Below, one piece after another: positions 22,651 through 34,619 of a stretch of DNA of 64,000 bases; position 1 is the first letter of the stretch, and the number at the start of each line of letters is the position of its first letter. The translations under genes were made by a program, and so were the position numbers. Below the pieces are notes generated by a model. The model saw only the letters and a program-made list of their open reading frames with translations. It was not told the DNA's origin and searched no databases. The stretch comes from Vicugna vicugna (taxonomy: Eukaryota), in NCBI GenBank assembly GCA_013265495.1, contig MU060195.1, positions 1 through 64,000 of the forward strand, read 5' to 3'.

Positions 22651-23362
22651 AAGGCTGGAACTTTTCGTCCTTTTCATCTGATAGTTTCTTCCAGCCTCCT
22701 TCTAGAAAAGAACCTGCCTCAGGACACTCCACAGCCTCCTCCCCAGACTCCAAGCAATCCTGACTGCGCAGAGCGTCTTCCAGCGGCCCTGAGGGGCACC
22801 AAGCTCCTCCTAGAATACGGGGGTGGGGGCTTCTAACGCAGACTGAAGGCAGCTTTTCCCCAGCTCTCGTGTGATTTTTAAGAGCCAGCCAGTCTGGAAA
22901 ATGTTGGATTTGTTTGTAGGAAAGGTAAACACTGTCAAAATCAACAAGTTCCCTCCTTAGAGGGCTGTAGAGAAAATTGGTCTCCAGATTAAGACGGTTC
23001 AGACAACTCGCGCTGGGGGAGAAGGGAGCCCCCGCCCCACCCCACGTTAGCCCGGCACTGCGTTAGCGAGCTGATAAATCTCTGATGGAGGAGTGGCAGA
23101 CTGTGTACTCAAGGGGTAAAGGAAATTAAAATTGATCTCTTCTACAAATAGCTGAGACAAAGCGGTTCTTTTAAATGAGCAAGCAGGCCACGAGGCTCAG
23201 TGAATCGGGTTAAATGGTGCAGCCACACTGGCTAGATTGCTGCACTCTGTCTCCACTGTGATCAGAGTGATATAAAACGGTTTCATAGGTGATTGGTTAC
23301 AAGTCAACAAAAACGCTTTGATTAAAATAGAGCAGCTAAACATTTTCTGCGTGTCCTGTAAT

Positions 23363-23551
23363 TAGGGCTGCCAAACAAAAAGCAGGACACCAGCTTCATT
23401 TGAATTTCAGATAAACAACAAATAATTTTCCAGTATAAGCATGTCCTAAATATTGCTTGCGACATACTTATGCTAAAAATTATTCTCTGTTTATCCAAAA
23501 TTCAAATGTAACTGTGCATTCTGTTTTTATTTGCTAAATCTGGCAAGTTTG
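23363..23551. mobile_element. MER53 palindromic hAT-type MITE with intact 8-bp TSD
   Basis: TAGGGCTGCCAAAC...AAATCTGGCAA termini; internal near-palindrome GAATTTCAGATAAACAACAAATAATTTT...AAAAATTATTCTCTGTTTATCCAAAATTC; flanked by CCTGTAAT at 23355-23362 and 23552-23559. Confidence 0.9.
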
Positions 23552-23764
23552 CCTGTAATATAGGTAAAACAGGGTATGTGTTTTTCATGCGCCCACTCCC
23601 CAAAGCACACTGAATTCATATTTGAATAAGTATAGCCAATACCTATGTATAGAGCCGTGAAGATTAAGTGTTATTTATGAGATGAAAATCCAGGCAAGGT
23701 TTTCGAAGAGGTTAGTTAGAAGATTTACTCCAGGGAATTGAATTTCCTGAGATTTCTTCGAGGT

Positions 23765-23903
23765 TGCATTTTATAACTATCTGGGGAGTTTTAAAAATCC
23801 AAGCTGCAACTCAGACCAATTACACCAGAACCTCTGGGCGGGACGCAGCCACCTGCACTTTTTACTCCACAGTGAATCCTGTGCTCCAAGGTGAGAGCCA
23901 CTG
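23765..23903 (+). mobile_element. MER5A-like hAT-Charlie MITE fragment
   Basis: CTGGGGAGTTTTAAAAAT...CAGAACCTCTGGGCGGGAC...CTGCACTTTT...CAGTGAATCCTG...TGAGAGCCACTG matches the MER5A layout. Confidence 0.6.
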
Positions 23904-24880
23904 CTCTGGACTGATGGCAAAACCTGCCAGCCTGTGACGGCAGAAAACAAAAGACGCAAAGGGGCCAACACTTCCCGGCTGACTGTCATTCTGGCTGCCT
24001 CTGCCCCTTCCAGCTTTGGGATGCGTAAGAGCATTCACATTCAGCTACTGATGGGAGCTAAATGGAGAGCGGAGAAATAGCAAAGTTGAGAAGGATTTTT
24101 AAAAGTCTAATCTTCAAGTATGAACTGCCCGGCTGGGTTTTAGGGACGCAGCTGTTAAGGGAAGTTAAACACCCGTAAATCTACGCTCTTACCAAGGGGC
24201 ATATGTTTACATTCGCTGTGCAGACGGCAGTCACAGCGTGTGTGTTTCAAGTCCCTGCTTCCCCATCGGTGTTTCTCCCCCAAACACCAACAGCTGTCAG
24301 TGTCAGCTGCAGAATTCTGAAATCTTACCAGGAGGCCCAGTCACCTCCTCTGCTTTTAATTCAGGGTGTGGTCTCCTTTCAATTCCAGTGTGCTCTCAAT
24401 CACTGAAGTGCCAAGATCGCTAAGGCTAGCTTCTCTGTCACTGTAACCGACAGCCGAGGCGCACGTGTCGCCTGAACACGGACACAGAGGCGTTCGCCGC
24501 GCTCGTCCTGGCGTCGGCTGGTGGGCCAGGGCAGCGCTGCCTGTCTGCAAGCCTTCCTTGTCAGAAAGGCCAGAGGACTGTTACGTTGTTAACCTCCGGT
24601 CCCGGCACGTTCCAGGAGCGGCCAAAGCGAGCCTCCTCATCTCACCGCGTACTGCTGGCTGCGCAGGGCGTTCTGACACAGTGTGTTTACTTCCGACACC
24701 GAGGATTTCCCTTTGCTCGTCTCCTGTGCCCTGAGCTCGCCTGGATCTAAGAAGCCAATGCACACTTCTCAGCAAGCTGCTTTTGTCATTTCAACCCTGA
24801 AAGGGCTGAAGAGTTAACTACATCTTTCATTAAGAATGGAGAACCAATAGTCTCCATACACCTGCTGGTAGAATTTATGC

Positions 24881-25225
24881 ATTTTTCAATTTTGTAAATT
24901 TAAAATTTTTTTAAATTTTTTAAAGTATTTTTAATTGAAGCACAGTCAGTTACAGTGTGTCAGTTTCTGGTGTGCAGCATCATGCATGTTTATACATATA
25001 TTCATTTTCATACTTTTTCATTAAAGGTTATTACAAGATATTGAATATCGTTCCCTGTGCTCTGTGGAAGAAAACTATTTTTGGTCTATTTTTATTTATA
25101 GTGGTTAACGTTCACAAATCTCAAACTCTCAAATTTATTCCTTCCCACCCTCTTTCCCCAGTAACCGTAAAACTGTTTACTATGTCTGCACTGTATTTGT
25201 TTTGTAGATGAGTTCATTAGTGTCC
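24881..25225 (-). mobile_element. Camelid-type L1 3' segment (non-inverted part of a 5'-inverted L1)
   Basis: T-rich tail then TTTTAATTGAAGCACAGTCAGTTACAGTGTGTCAG...GTTTTGTAGATGAGTTCATTAGTGTCC up to the gap. Confidence 0.85.
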
Positions 25226-25377
25226 NNNNNNNNNNNNNNNNNNNNNNNNNNNNNNNNNNNNNNNNNNNNNNNNNNNNNNNNNNNNNNNNNNNNNNNNNNN
25301 NNNNNNNNNNNNNNNNNNNNNNNNNNNNNNNNNNNNNNNNNNNNNNNNNNNNNNNNNNNNNNNNNNNNNNNNNNNNN
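25226..25377. other. Assembly gap (152 N)
   Basis: Run of N. Confidence 1.
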
Positions 25378-25828
25378 AGTCAGAATAGCCACCATTCAAA
25401 AGTCCACAAACAATAAATGCGGGAGAGGCTGCAGAGAAAGGGGAACCCTCCTACACTGCTGGTGGGAATGTGGTTTGGTGCAGCCATTACGGAAAACAGG
25501 ATGGAGATCCCTCAAAAAAACTAAAAATAGACTTACCATATGATCTAGCAATCCCACTCTTGGGCATATACATGGAGGGAATGCTAACTAAAAAAACACC
25601 TGCACTCCGGTGTTCATAGCAACACCATTTCAATAGCCAAGACATGGAAGCAACCTAAGTGTCCATCGACAGATGACTGGATAAAGAAGTTGTGGTGTAT
25701 TTATACAATGGAATACCACTCAGTGATAAAAAAAAAAAAGAATAAAAGGATGCCACATGTGGCAACATGGATGGACCTGGAGATTGTCATTCTAGGTGAA
25801 GTAAGCCAGAAAGAGAAAGAAAAATACC
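25378..25828 (+). mobile_element. Camelid-type L1 ORF2-end segment in opposite orientation (inverted part)
   Basis: AGTCAGAATAGCCACCATTCAAAAGTCCACAAACAATAAATG...GAAGTAAGCCAGAAAGAGAAAGAAAAATACC; encodes ORF2-like WIKKLWCIYTMEYHS and ATWMDLEIVILGEVSQKEKEK. Confidence 0.85.
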
Positions 25829-26789
25829 CACTGACAGAATTTTTATGTGAGTACACGTACCCGGCACAAGAGAAGAAGAAAGACTAGCAATCATACAATT
25901 ATTTCAAGTTTTAGTTCACCTCCAGTCCACCGTGTATACTAAATGTTATCTACACTTCAATGCAAAGTGTTTTCTTTTGATGGAATTGTGCCTTATACGT
26001 TAAGGAGTGCATACTGCTTAAGTGAACAGAGAAGTCATCTGTCAGCAGGTTGATCCCATGATGTACGTGACCCTCTTCTCTTCCCTCTCTGGGTGTTCCT
26101 CCGAGTCTTTAATTGTCCCGTATGAGTGAAGTACCATCAGATATGTATTTCCATCATACATATGCTCTTTAAATCTAAATGCTCTTTAAATCTAAGTTAC
26201 AATGTCATTTTTCCTGTAGTCCATGGAATATATCTCAATTCTAGACACTCAAAATCTTGGAGAAGCTTTGGCACATCACGCTTCCCGTAATCAGCAAGCT
26301 GGCGCACCCGCGCTTCTCTCCCGAGAGCCACCACGTGCATTCTTCCATGTACACGTTCCCGCTACCAGTTCCATGCCTCAGGCTCCATCAACTCACAACC
26401 AGACTGTTACTGTAACTTCCCAGTGGGGCTGCCTTCACCTACACCATTGTTGTCCTGATAACGACACTTCTGGGGAAAAAGGACTTTAAAATCTTAGGAT
26501 ATGCTCATTTTCCACTGACTAAGGAGCACCATGCTAAAGATACAGAAATTGGAGTCCAGGAACAACAGTGGAGAGGGATGTCAGCAAACACTGCGGAATC
26601 TCATTGGGAACTGTGGAAGTTTACACCCTCTGAGTGTGGACAACCAGGGACAGTCCTAGCCGTACAGAAACCACAACCAGCCTTGAGTAAGTCCAGCCAG
26701 ATTAATGCCACCTGAACCCTACTGTGTGGTTCTAACACCGACTAGAGTAAGCCTTCTTGGAAGACAAGGTTCCTTTCAAGCTCACCCAC

Positions 26790-27382
26790 CCAATGATTGT
26801 CGTTTAATTAAAGTTACTAGGCATACCAGGACTCGTGGCCAGGCAGAAGCACTAGAAATAAACTCTCATTTAACCAAGGTATTGACATTATCAAAGACGG
26901 ACTTTGAAACAGCTATATTTAGTTTTTTTCAAAAATGGATGCTAGAATAGAATGTTTTACTAGAGAATCGGAATCTATTAGTGACTAAATAAAAATTCTA
27001 GAGTTGAAAATGCAATAAACTGAAATCTAGACTTTGAAAGACGGGCTTAACAGTAGATCAATACAGCACACGAAGGGATTGGTGAACTCGCCAGGAGGAA
27101 AATGAGAACAATTCCGTTTGCAGGATAAAGAGCAGCGCAAAAGGAAGGATAACACAGAAGCAATTGTGTGTATTCACATACCTCCGTACGTCTCCTTCCA
27201 TGTATAACATCTATGTGTTTATCTATCTTTCTATATGGCATGGATAAAAACTACAATATATGTAAGGCTCAGAAGAGAAAGAGGGAAGAAAGGAAAGAAT
27301 TTTGAATAGATAATGGATTTCCAAAAACTGACAGAAATCAAGATACAGATCTTAGAAAACCTGTGGACCTCAAGCAGGATAA

Positions 27383-27429
<47 letters not shown>

Positions 27430-27665
27430 TACCCACAGCTGGTCACATCAAAGAAAATGACTGAACATTAGAGACAAAAGAAAATACTAAAAACACACAA
27501 GAAAAATAAGATCTTCAAAGGTGTAATAAAGATGCACAGCTGATGTCTCAACAGAATATGGACTCGCAAAGATGGTGGAACATCTTTAAGGTGAGAGAAA
27601 GGAAGCAAGGTAGAATTCTCTAGTTGTAAAACAGTCTTCCAAGCAGCTAAATAAAGGGAAATGAC
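26790..27665 (+). mobile_element. Old L1M ORF1 remnant
   Basis: AAAGTTACTAGGCATACCAGG...CAAAGACGGACTTTGAAACAGCTAT...AAAAATTCTAGAGTTGAAAATGCAATAAACTGAAAT...GATGGTGGAACATCTTTAAGGTG are L1M ORF1 landmarks in order. Confidence 0.7.
27384..27427. repeat. (CA)22 microsatellite
   Basis: Perfect CA run counted from the sequence. Confidence 0.97.
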
Positions 27666-30504
27666 CCCAGGCTGTGACAGTGCAACGCAACAAAAATGCA
27701 GGAAGAAATTTCAAACGACAGGACGTATCTGAGTGACTGAAACGCAGTCTAGTGGCTGAGTTCTGCGACCGAATGGGGAGGACGGCTGTCCTCTGCGCTG
27801 AGCGCTCCAGCGCCAGCCGCCTCGGCAGGAACTTCTCTTCTCTCTAGTATCGCTAGTGACTAACATGGTGATTAGCATAGTAAGAACTCAAGAAATGTTT
27901 GGCAACTGATTGACTAAATCAACAGTCTCTACAACTTTGCTCTGTATTTGAAAACCCGGGGCAATAATGGCCATGACTTCCGCTACCCAGATACACTGTT
28001 AAGGAAATCATGGATTGCGATGAAAATCTGGGCTTATTTGGGGGGAAAGAGAGAAGGGAGGAAGGGAAGAGGGAGAAATTCACCTATTATAATGGAGCTG
28101 ACACAGAGGGAGGTCAGGGTAAGGACGCAACGCTGTTGCACCCTCCAGGCTGGGTCTGCTGGAAGGAAGATTCTGCAGCTGTGACGCAGGAAAGGCAGGC
28201 AGGCGTCCCTTTGGAAATGTTTAGCCATTTGCTATCTGTAGTACGTTTCTCTGAGAAAGGTCTCAGTAACAATGCTAAGCGCATGACAGTAAGGCTAACA
28301 GTGCCCCCATGGCTTTATCTTCAAGAAAGGGGATGAAGCGGTGCACGTGTTAGCAGCTTTGTAATCGGGAAGACGCACGGCTCTCATCCCACGATGCTGG
28401 GATGGAATGGCTGTTGCTGTGAGTGGATGCCATGACTCCCCACTACCGCCACCTCGGGCTGCCAACAGCATGGCGCGGCTGCTGTCATTCCAGGGCGGTC
28501 ACAGCTTTCCTATCTTCTCCGCCAAGTTCGGGGAAACACATGCCACTGTCGCAACAGGGTAACAGTAGACAGGGGCCACAGGACGACACGGCAGGTGGAG
28601 AGAAAGGGGACAGGCTTGGATCTTACAAAACTAACTACAGCCTCAGTTACAAGTTTCAGAAACAAGAGGTTGGTGAAGAAGAGCTTAGACTTGTCAGATC
28701 CCTCATTTAATTGGGCCCCAGATGCTTGTCCTAGTGTTTGGATAATGAGAAGGAGTGTGCAGAGGACGTGCTGCAGACCTGGGCAGAGAATGACCCCCCA
28801 GCAAGTGTGCCTCCCTTTAAGCCGCTGAAGTACCCGACAGTCGGTGCTGAGTGTCTCAACAATGCATCGGCTCCGCGCCTGAAAGCAAACTCCTGCCTGC
28901 TGCTAGCGTTTACAACTTGCATGTGGGCTGTCTGAGAATTCCACACTAGTCTGGCATCAACTGAGCTCCAGGAGCGCTGGGTTCTTTCTTAAAAATCTAT
29001 CATTTGCTCTTTAGTTCTGTAAACAATTTTGGGAAGAACACACGTGCCACACACACGCCATCCTGTGTGAAACCCCTCCCGGGGGGAGCTTCCTCCGAGG
29101 AACTGGCTTCATGCTCTTCCTCAGCCAGCGAGCGTGGTAGACCAGTCGTCTGAGACCCACTTCAGCCCTTGTTTGTCACGTTTACGTCACAAGGGTGTTG
29201 GAAGGATTAATTAGTTAACATGCAAAATTCTTTGAAGATGAAGAACGCTGTGAAATTGCTCAACAGAGCTAACATTCCTCCACAGACACGTTTTTCCTTT
29301 CATATTTGTAAAATCTCACCCACCCCCTGTTAACTCTTTTTGCTAACATTAGGTACTCAGACTGCTTTTTCAAAAATTGACTTATCTTTTCCTTCATGAG
29401 GCCCAAAATATTTATTTATCTCCATCCTCATTTCTCACCATCTCAGTTTTTCCTCCTAAGTATTTTTTTTTTCTTACTGAGCGATCCTGGTGTAATTTAT
29501 GAAATGCTGCTTGCCAGTCATGTTCTCCTTCTTGCATTGGTGGTATTCCCTGGAATTGTGGACTGGAATACCCACAGACCACCAGTGAGAGAAAGAGGTG
29601 TCTCTGTTACTAACTCTAGAGGCTCAGACCATGAGAATCACCCACTTGGATCGAATGTCACGGTCCAGAGGGCAGGGGAGTCCACTTGTGCAATTCACTG
29701 GGCAAGAAAGAAGAAATTGCTTTTTCCCAAGATCTCAAGTTTTCATAATAAGGAGTTATTTAAATGTCGCTTATGAGGCTGAAATATATACTCAAGGAAC
29801 TCTGGTGAAGCCCCCCGCCATCTTCCCCTGGCTGCAGCTGATGGAGTCTGCCGCCCACACGCCGGGCTCGGACTGTCCAAGCGCAGCTGCCCCGGCAGAG
29901 CCATGTGCGATTAGAGGGCCCGTTTCTGCTGAGCACCTGCACGCAGAGACCTTCACCTAGAGCTGCTGCAACTGCTCTACCTGCCTGCCTCTGTGAGACA
30001 GAAGCGGACGCCTGGCGGTGCAGTCCCGGGGTTTGCTTCGCAGCTCCGGCTGTGAGGAACCCGGCCGACCTCTCTCCACTACTTTTTTCACACTTTTCTA
30101 TTTTGATTGATCTATTCGAGATGTTTAAATGTATCAAAGACATTCAGACAGATCCGCTTTTGAACAGAGGTGTTTTTCATATTATTCCTAAAGGATATTC
30201 TCCCCAAACAACAACGGTTCTGACCAATAGCTTTATTATAAACAAAGGTTACCAAACACAGCTGCCTGCCAATGCTTTTCACTTTGTATAATGAACTTAA
30301 TTCTGCTCGTATTTAAATATATGAAAATAATGTATTTTTTGTGCTCCCTGTCTCAAATAGAATGAGCAAAACCTATGAAGTAGCCAGAAAATCAAATGGA
30401 AAATGACCTTAGCACAATATATTTACTATTATTATTACACACACACACCCTTAATTATAATGCTATTATAGAAAAGCATGTTTCAAAAGAAATTCCATTT
30501 CCTT

Positions 30505-30625
30505 TTATTTTTTGATAAAGAAAAAGTTGTGCACAATTAATATACACAGTTTGACGAGTTTGGAGATGACCACACCACAGTCTACGCCACAGAGCCCCCC
30601 ATCACCCCCAAAGTCTCCTCCCGCC
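30505..30625 (-). mobile_element. L1MB-like 3' terminus
   Basis: TTTTATTTTTTGATAAAG...TATACACAGTTTGACGAGTTTGGAGA...CCATCACCCCCAAAGTCTCCTC. Confidence 0.55.
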
Positions 30626-30714
30626 CTCCTTTTCCCCTCCCCCACCTCCATTTCTTCCTCCTCCTCCTCTTCTTTCTTCTACTATCACTATCAGCATCAT
30701 TAGTATTAGCATTT

Positions 30715-30958
30715 TGTGATAAGAAGACATAACACAAGCTCTACCCACAGTAAGTTCTTGAGTGCACGACGCAGTGTTGTTAACTAGAGATGCTGCACTG
30801 TGCAGAGCGCTGGGACTTACTCCTCTCGTATGAGTGAAATCTGGTGCTCCTTGACAAGGACGCCCCCATTTCCCTCTCCTCGAGCCCCTGGTAAACACCA
30901 TGCCAGGCTCCACTTTTGTGGATTGGATGATTTTAGGTTCGTCAGAGCGACATCAGTG
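30715..30958 (-). mobile_element. L1MA9/10-like 3' terminus
   Basis: TTTTGTGATAAGAAGACATAAC...GTGTTGTTAACTAGAG...CCCCCATTTCCC...GCCCCTGGTAAACACCATG. Confidence 0.7.
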
Positions 30959-30959
30959 T

Positions 30960-31190
30960 GATGCTGGCCTCGTAAAAAGAGTTTTGAGAGTTTTCCCTCC
31001 TATTTTTGAGAGTTTAAGAGAGATTAGTATTTAATTCATCTTGTTAATGTTTGGGAGAGTTCATCCGGGAAGGCACGTGCTTCTGGGCTCTTTTAGCTTG
31101 GAAGATTTTCATCATGTATTCAATTTCCTTATTGGTTATTTGGTCTGATAAGGTTTTCTATTTCTCTTTTATTCAGTCTTCGTAGATTGA
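30960..31190 (-). mobile_element. L1M ORF2 internal fragment
   Basis: GATGCTGGCCTCGTAAAAAGAGTT...GAGAGTTTAAGAGAGATTAGTATT...TTCTGGGCTCTTTT...TTCAATTTCCTT. Confidence 0.65.
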
Positions 31191-31199
31191 ATACATACA

Positions 31200-31463
31200 T
31201 TGCCAGGAGGGGGAAAGGGTGGGAAAGGATACAGTGGGAGCTTGAGATTTGCAAATCCTAACTACTATACGTAGAACAGATAAACAACAAGTGTATTCTG
31301 TATACCACAGGGAACTGTATTCAATATCTTATAGTAACCTGTAATGAAAAAGAATATGAACATGAATATCTGTATGTGTATGTATGACTGAAGCATTGTG
31401 CTGTACACCGGAAACTGACACAACATTGTAAACTGACTATACTTCAATTTAAAGAAATAAGAA
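31200..31463 (+). mobile_element. Camelid-type L1 3' tail (near-consensus, AT-rich)
   Basis: GGGGAAAGGGTGGGAAAGGATACAGTGGGAGCTTGAGATTTGCAAAT...ACTGACACAACATTGTAAACTGACTATACTTCAATTTAAAGAAATAAGAAA. Confidence 0.9.
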
Positions 31464-31489
31464 ATGCCTTTAATCCTGCAAAAAAAAGC

Positions 31490-32105
31490 AGTTGGTGCCT
31501 TCTCATATTGCTAGTGGGGTTGTGAACTGCCTTAACTGCTCGGCAGGGCAGCTTGGATTGTCTGTCACAGCTGAAGGAGGAGGTTTTAGTCGATAATGTT
31601 GCATCGGTTCCACTTCTAGGTGTAAATACTATAAAGATTCCTGTCTTTGCAGTCAAAGAGGCATGTACTAGAACTCTTGTAGCAATATTTTTATAGTTAA
31701 CTTCTGAGTATAAACTAAATGCCAATCAGAGAAATGAGAATAAGCACATTGTGTGTGTAGATCAATACAAGATGGGATATTTATGTAATGAAATGAACTT
31801 GTTAGAGCCACATGCATTAGAAATCTCAAAACCCACTGATGGGGGGAAAACAAGACTTACAAAATTGCATGCAGTATGATGCAATCATACAAAGTCAGAA
31901 ACAGTTCATTTCCTGCTGGGGGAGGTACACATGTGGAGGAAAACTGCACATGCTTCATGGGACTAGCAAATAACCCAGAATTTCATAGTGTGTTCCTCCA
32001 GTGGGCAGGGAAGGAAATGTGATCAAAAAACAGCATATCCATGGCTTCAGTGGTGTTTATAAGGTTTTATTTCTTAAATGGTGTGAGGTTCCATTATTCT
32101 TAATA
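31490..32105 (+). mobile_element. Ancient L1ME-like 3' region
   Basis: CTTCTCATATTGCTAGTGGGGTTGTGAACTG...TTCCACTTCTAGGTGTAAATAC...CATGCATTAGAAATCTCAAAAC...GTTTTATTTCTTAAATGG. Confidence 0.55.
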
Positions 32106-34369
32106 CCTGAAACAGTCTGAATGCCAAAAGTTTTTTTATGAAAGCTATAAAAGAAACAAAACATAATCAACTGGGTTTTTTAAAAGACATTTTAATTCTA
32201 AGACAAAAATCATAGACGTCAGATATCATCACAGCCCACAAGCCCGGATGCATGCCTCAGCCTGGAACAATCTCCACCCAGTCATGACTGTAAACACTGA
32301 ATGTTAATTTAAGCACAGTTTTCAACATAATGTACTTCTGCTGGGAAAATGGGGAATGGACATCCTCTTGCAGTGAAGAGTTTGTGTAGATCAGCTGATC
32401 ATCTTCCATAACATGTATCCAGGAATACGAGGTCCAGGCAGAATCAGATGGACATGAAGACGGTTGCCTCTGGGAAGGAAGATTCTGGGGCTGGAAGGGG
32501 TGGACAGAAAACAGCTGTTTTGAAAGACAAGCTTTGAAGAACTGTTTGAGTTTTGAACAGTTTTCATTTTTTATTTTTTTCATTTTTTAAAATTTATTTA
32601 TTGTAGTATAGTCACAAGGTATTGATTTTTAAATATGCTTTAAAATAGACATTTTAAAATAAATGTGTATTATTTCAGTAAAAAGAAATTTTAATTAAAG
32701 CAATGAAGACTCTCCTCCGTACAGACCTGAACCTGTAACCTCAGTTGAAACCACAGCTGACACCGACCTGCCCTTCTGGTAGGTGTGGTTCGCGCCCCTT
32801 CCCGTCTCCGGCTCACCGGCGTCAGCGCATCCACAGTGGGCCAGAAGGCTGATGTTACCTCTGCCAAATGAACCCTGAGCTGCAAAATCCCAAAGCATCC
32901 AAGCAAGATTTTTTTTTGAAAAAACTATCGTTTTCACCCCCTGAGAAATCCGAACCAAACAGTAAGTATGATATATATAAAAAAGATGGCGTCTGTAACC
33001 ATGACGGTCATAGTACAGCCGTTCGTGGAAAAGCAGAAAACGGAGGGGCAACAAGTCATTAGGCAACCTTGTTTCTCACAGGCTGTATCCCCAGAGGGTG
33101 CTACAGCCTGTCTTGCTCTGGATGACTCAGGAAAGGGGGTCCCTCGGCCCCGCCACCCAGGGAAATCTGTCTGGTGTCAGCACGGAGCACCTGCAGGGAC
33201 GCCATCACACTCGGGCCAGACGGACTGAGAAACAGGAACGCCTCTTCGGGAAGAAAAGGGAGATGGAGAAACAAGGCTCTGGAAAAGTGTCCTTTGTCAC
33301 CAGCACGCCACGTAACTTCCCAGGTTAAACTGACTTCGACCCTCGAGGGAAACTGTTTTTTCCAATTCTAAAATCCCACCTCTGCTGAAGGTGGTCGTGA
33401 CACCGTGGGGCTTAAGGAAAAGTCAGCGAGAGACCTGCGTCCAGAGTCGCAGAGGAAGGCACAGAGGAAGGCGCAGAGGAAGGCGAGACAATGGTCTGGA
33501 CTGTAAGAACTGAGAAAATGCTTTCATTCCACTCGTCTGCCTGTGAGTGTGCAAGTGTGTGGGGCCGCAGCACAGAGCAGTCTGGTCCTAAACCATCATT
33601 TTTACCAAATCCTGCTTCTTCTGTCTCAGAATGACCCCTTTTCCAAGGTGCACATCCGTGGGTTCTTTTCATATTGAAAGATGAATCCTTTTTTGTTGTT
33701 GTTGCTTTTTCTTCACCAACTTGAGGCTTTCATCACACAGTTTATGGCTCATCTGTTGGGTCCTGAGCTGGGCTCTGCCAAAACACGTAAAAACATCACC
33801 ACCGAGACGACAGCAGTTACCGCCACTCATAGTACCTCACAGTTCTGAGTGCTTGCTATATTCTAAGCATGAAACTTGAATTACCTCGGTCGGCACAATG
33901 AAAGTCACCTTTCCTGGCTGACTGACCTCGGGCATAAGGCCCTGGAGCCTCAGTTTCCTGACCTACCAAAGGAAATGAGGATGACAGTAGTTAGCGAACA
34001 GGCCTGACTCAGGCCACTGCTTGAAGACCTGAGTCGGCCAGCGTGCGCGAAGCCCTCGCAGCCGCCCCTGCGGGAGGGGCCCCGACGTGTCAGCTGTTGT
34101 TGTCACAGGCTGTTCTGTGGGCACCATCTACGCGCTCATAACGTCCAAACCTGGGTCAGTAGCCCTCCCTTCTCAGCAGAACTTCAAATTCCTCTTTCCA
34201 GTGGCTTGATTCACCTTCACACGGGCTTTCTAGGCCCTCGCCAAGTTATCAGAGCCCATGACGGGACTCTTGAATTCCTCCCTCCCCAGAGGAAAAGCCC
34301 AGCCCCCTGCTAGCAAAGGAGGGTCCACAGAGGACGGCGTTACGTGGGCAGATTGCACGGCCGAGCAGG

Positions 34370-34555
34370 CTGGGTCGTCACTTAACCAGCTGTGCGACCT
34401 TGAGCAAGCCATTCACTCCCTCAGAACTCCAGTGCCTGCATCTGTGAGGTGTAGAGGTAGTAACGCACCTGCGCAGAGGTGCCCTGAGGACTCAGCACAG
34501 CACGGGTACAGGTGCTTTCAACAGGGTCCGGCACACGCAGGCAACACCAAATGCC
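34370..34555 (+). mobile_element. MIR
   Basis: CACTTAACCAGCTGTGCGACCTTGAGCAAGCCATTCACTCCCTCAG...CATCTGTGAGG...CGGCACACGCAGG. Confidence 0.65.
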
Positions 34556-34619
34556 CGCCACGTACAATTACCCTGATCATCACAGATGTTCCTCATACTC
34601 TTCTTACTTAAATCGAACA

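Noticed and set aside
28640-28935. Protein-like frame KFQKQEVGEEELRLVRSLI*…CLDNEKECAEDVLQTWAENDPP
   Set aside because: Two in-frame stops, weak splice signals and no recognised homologue; I cannot support a pseudogene call.
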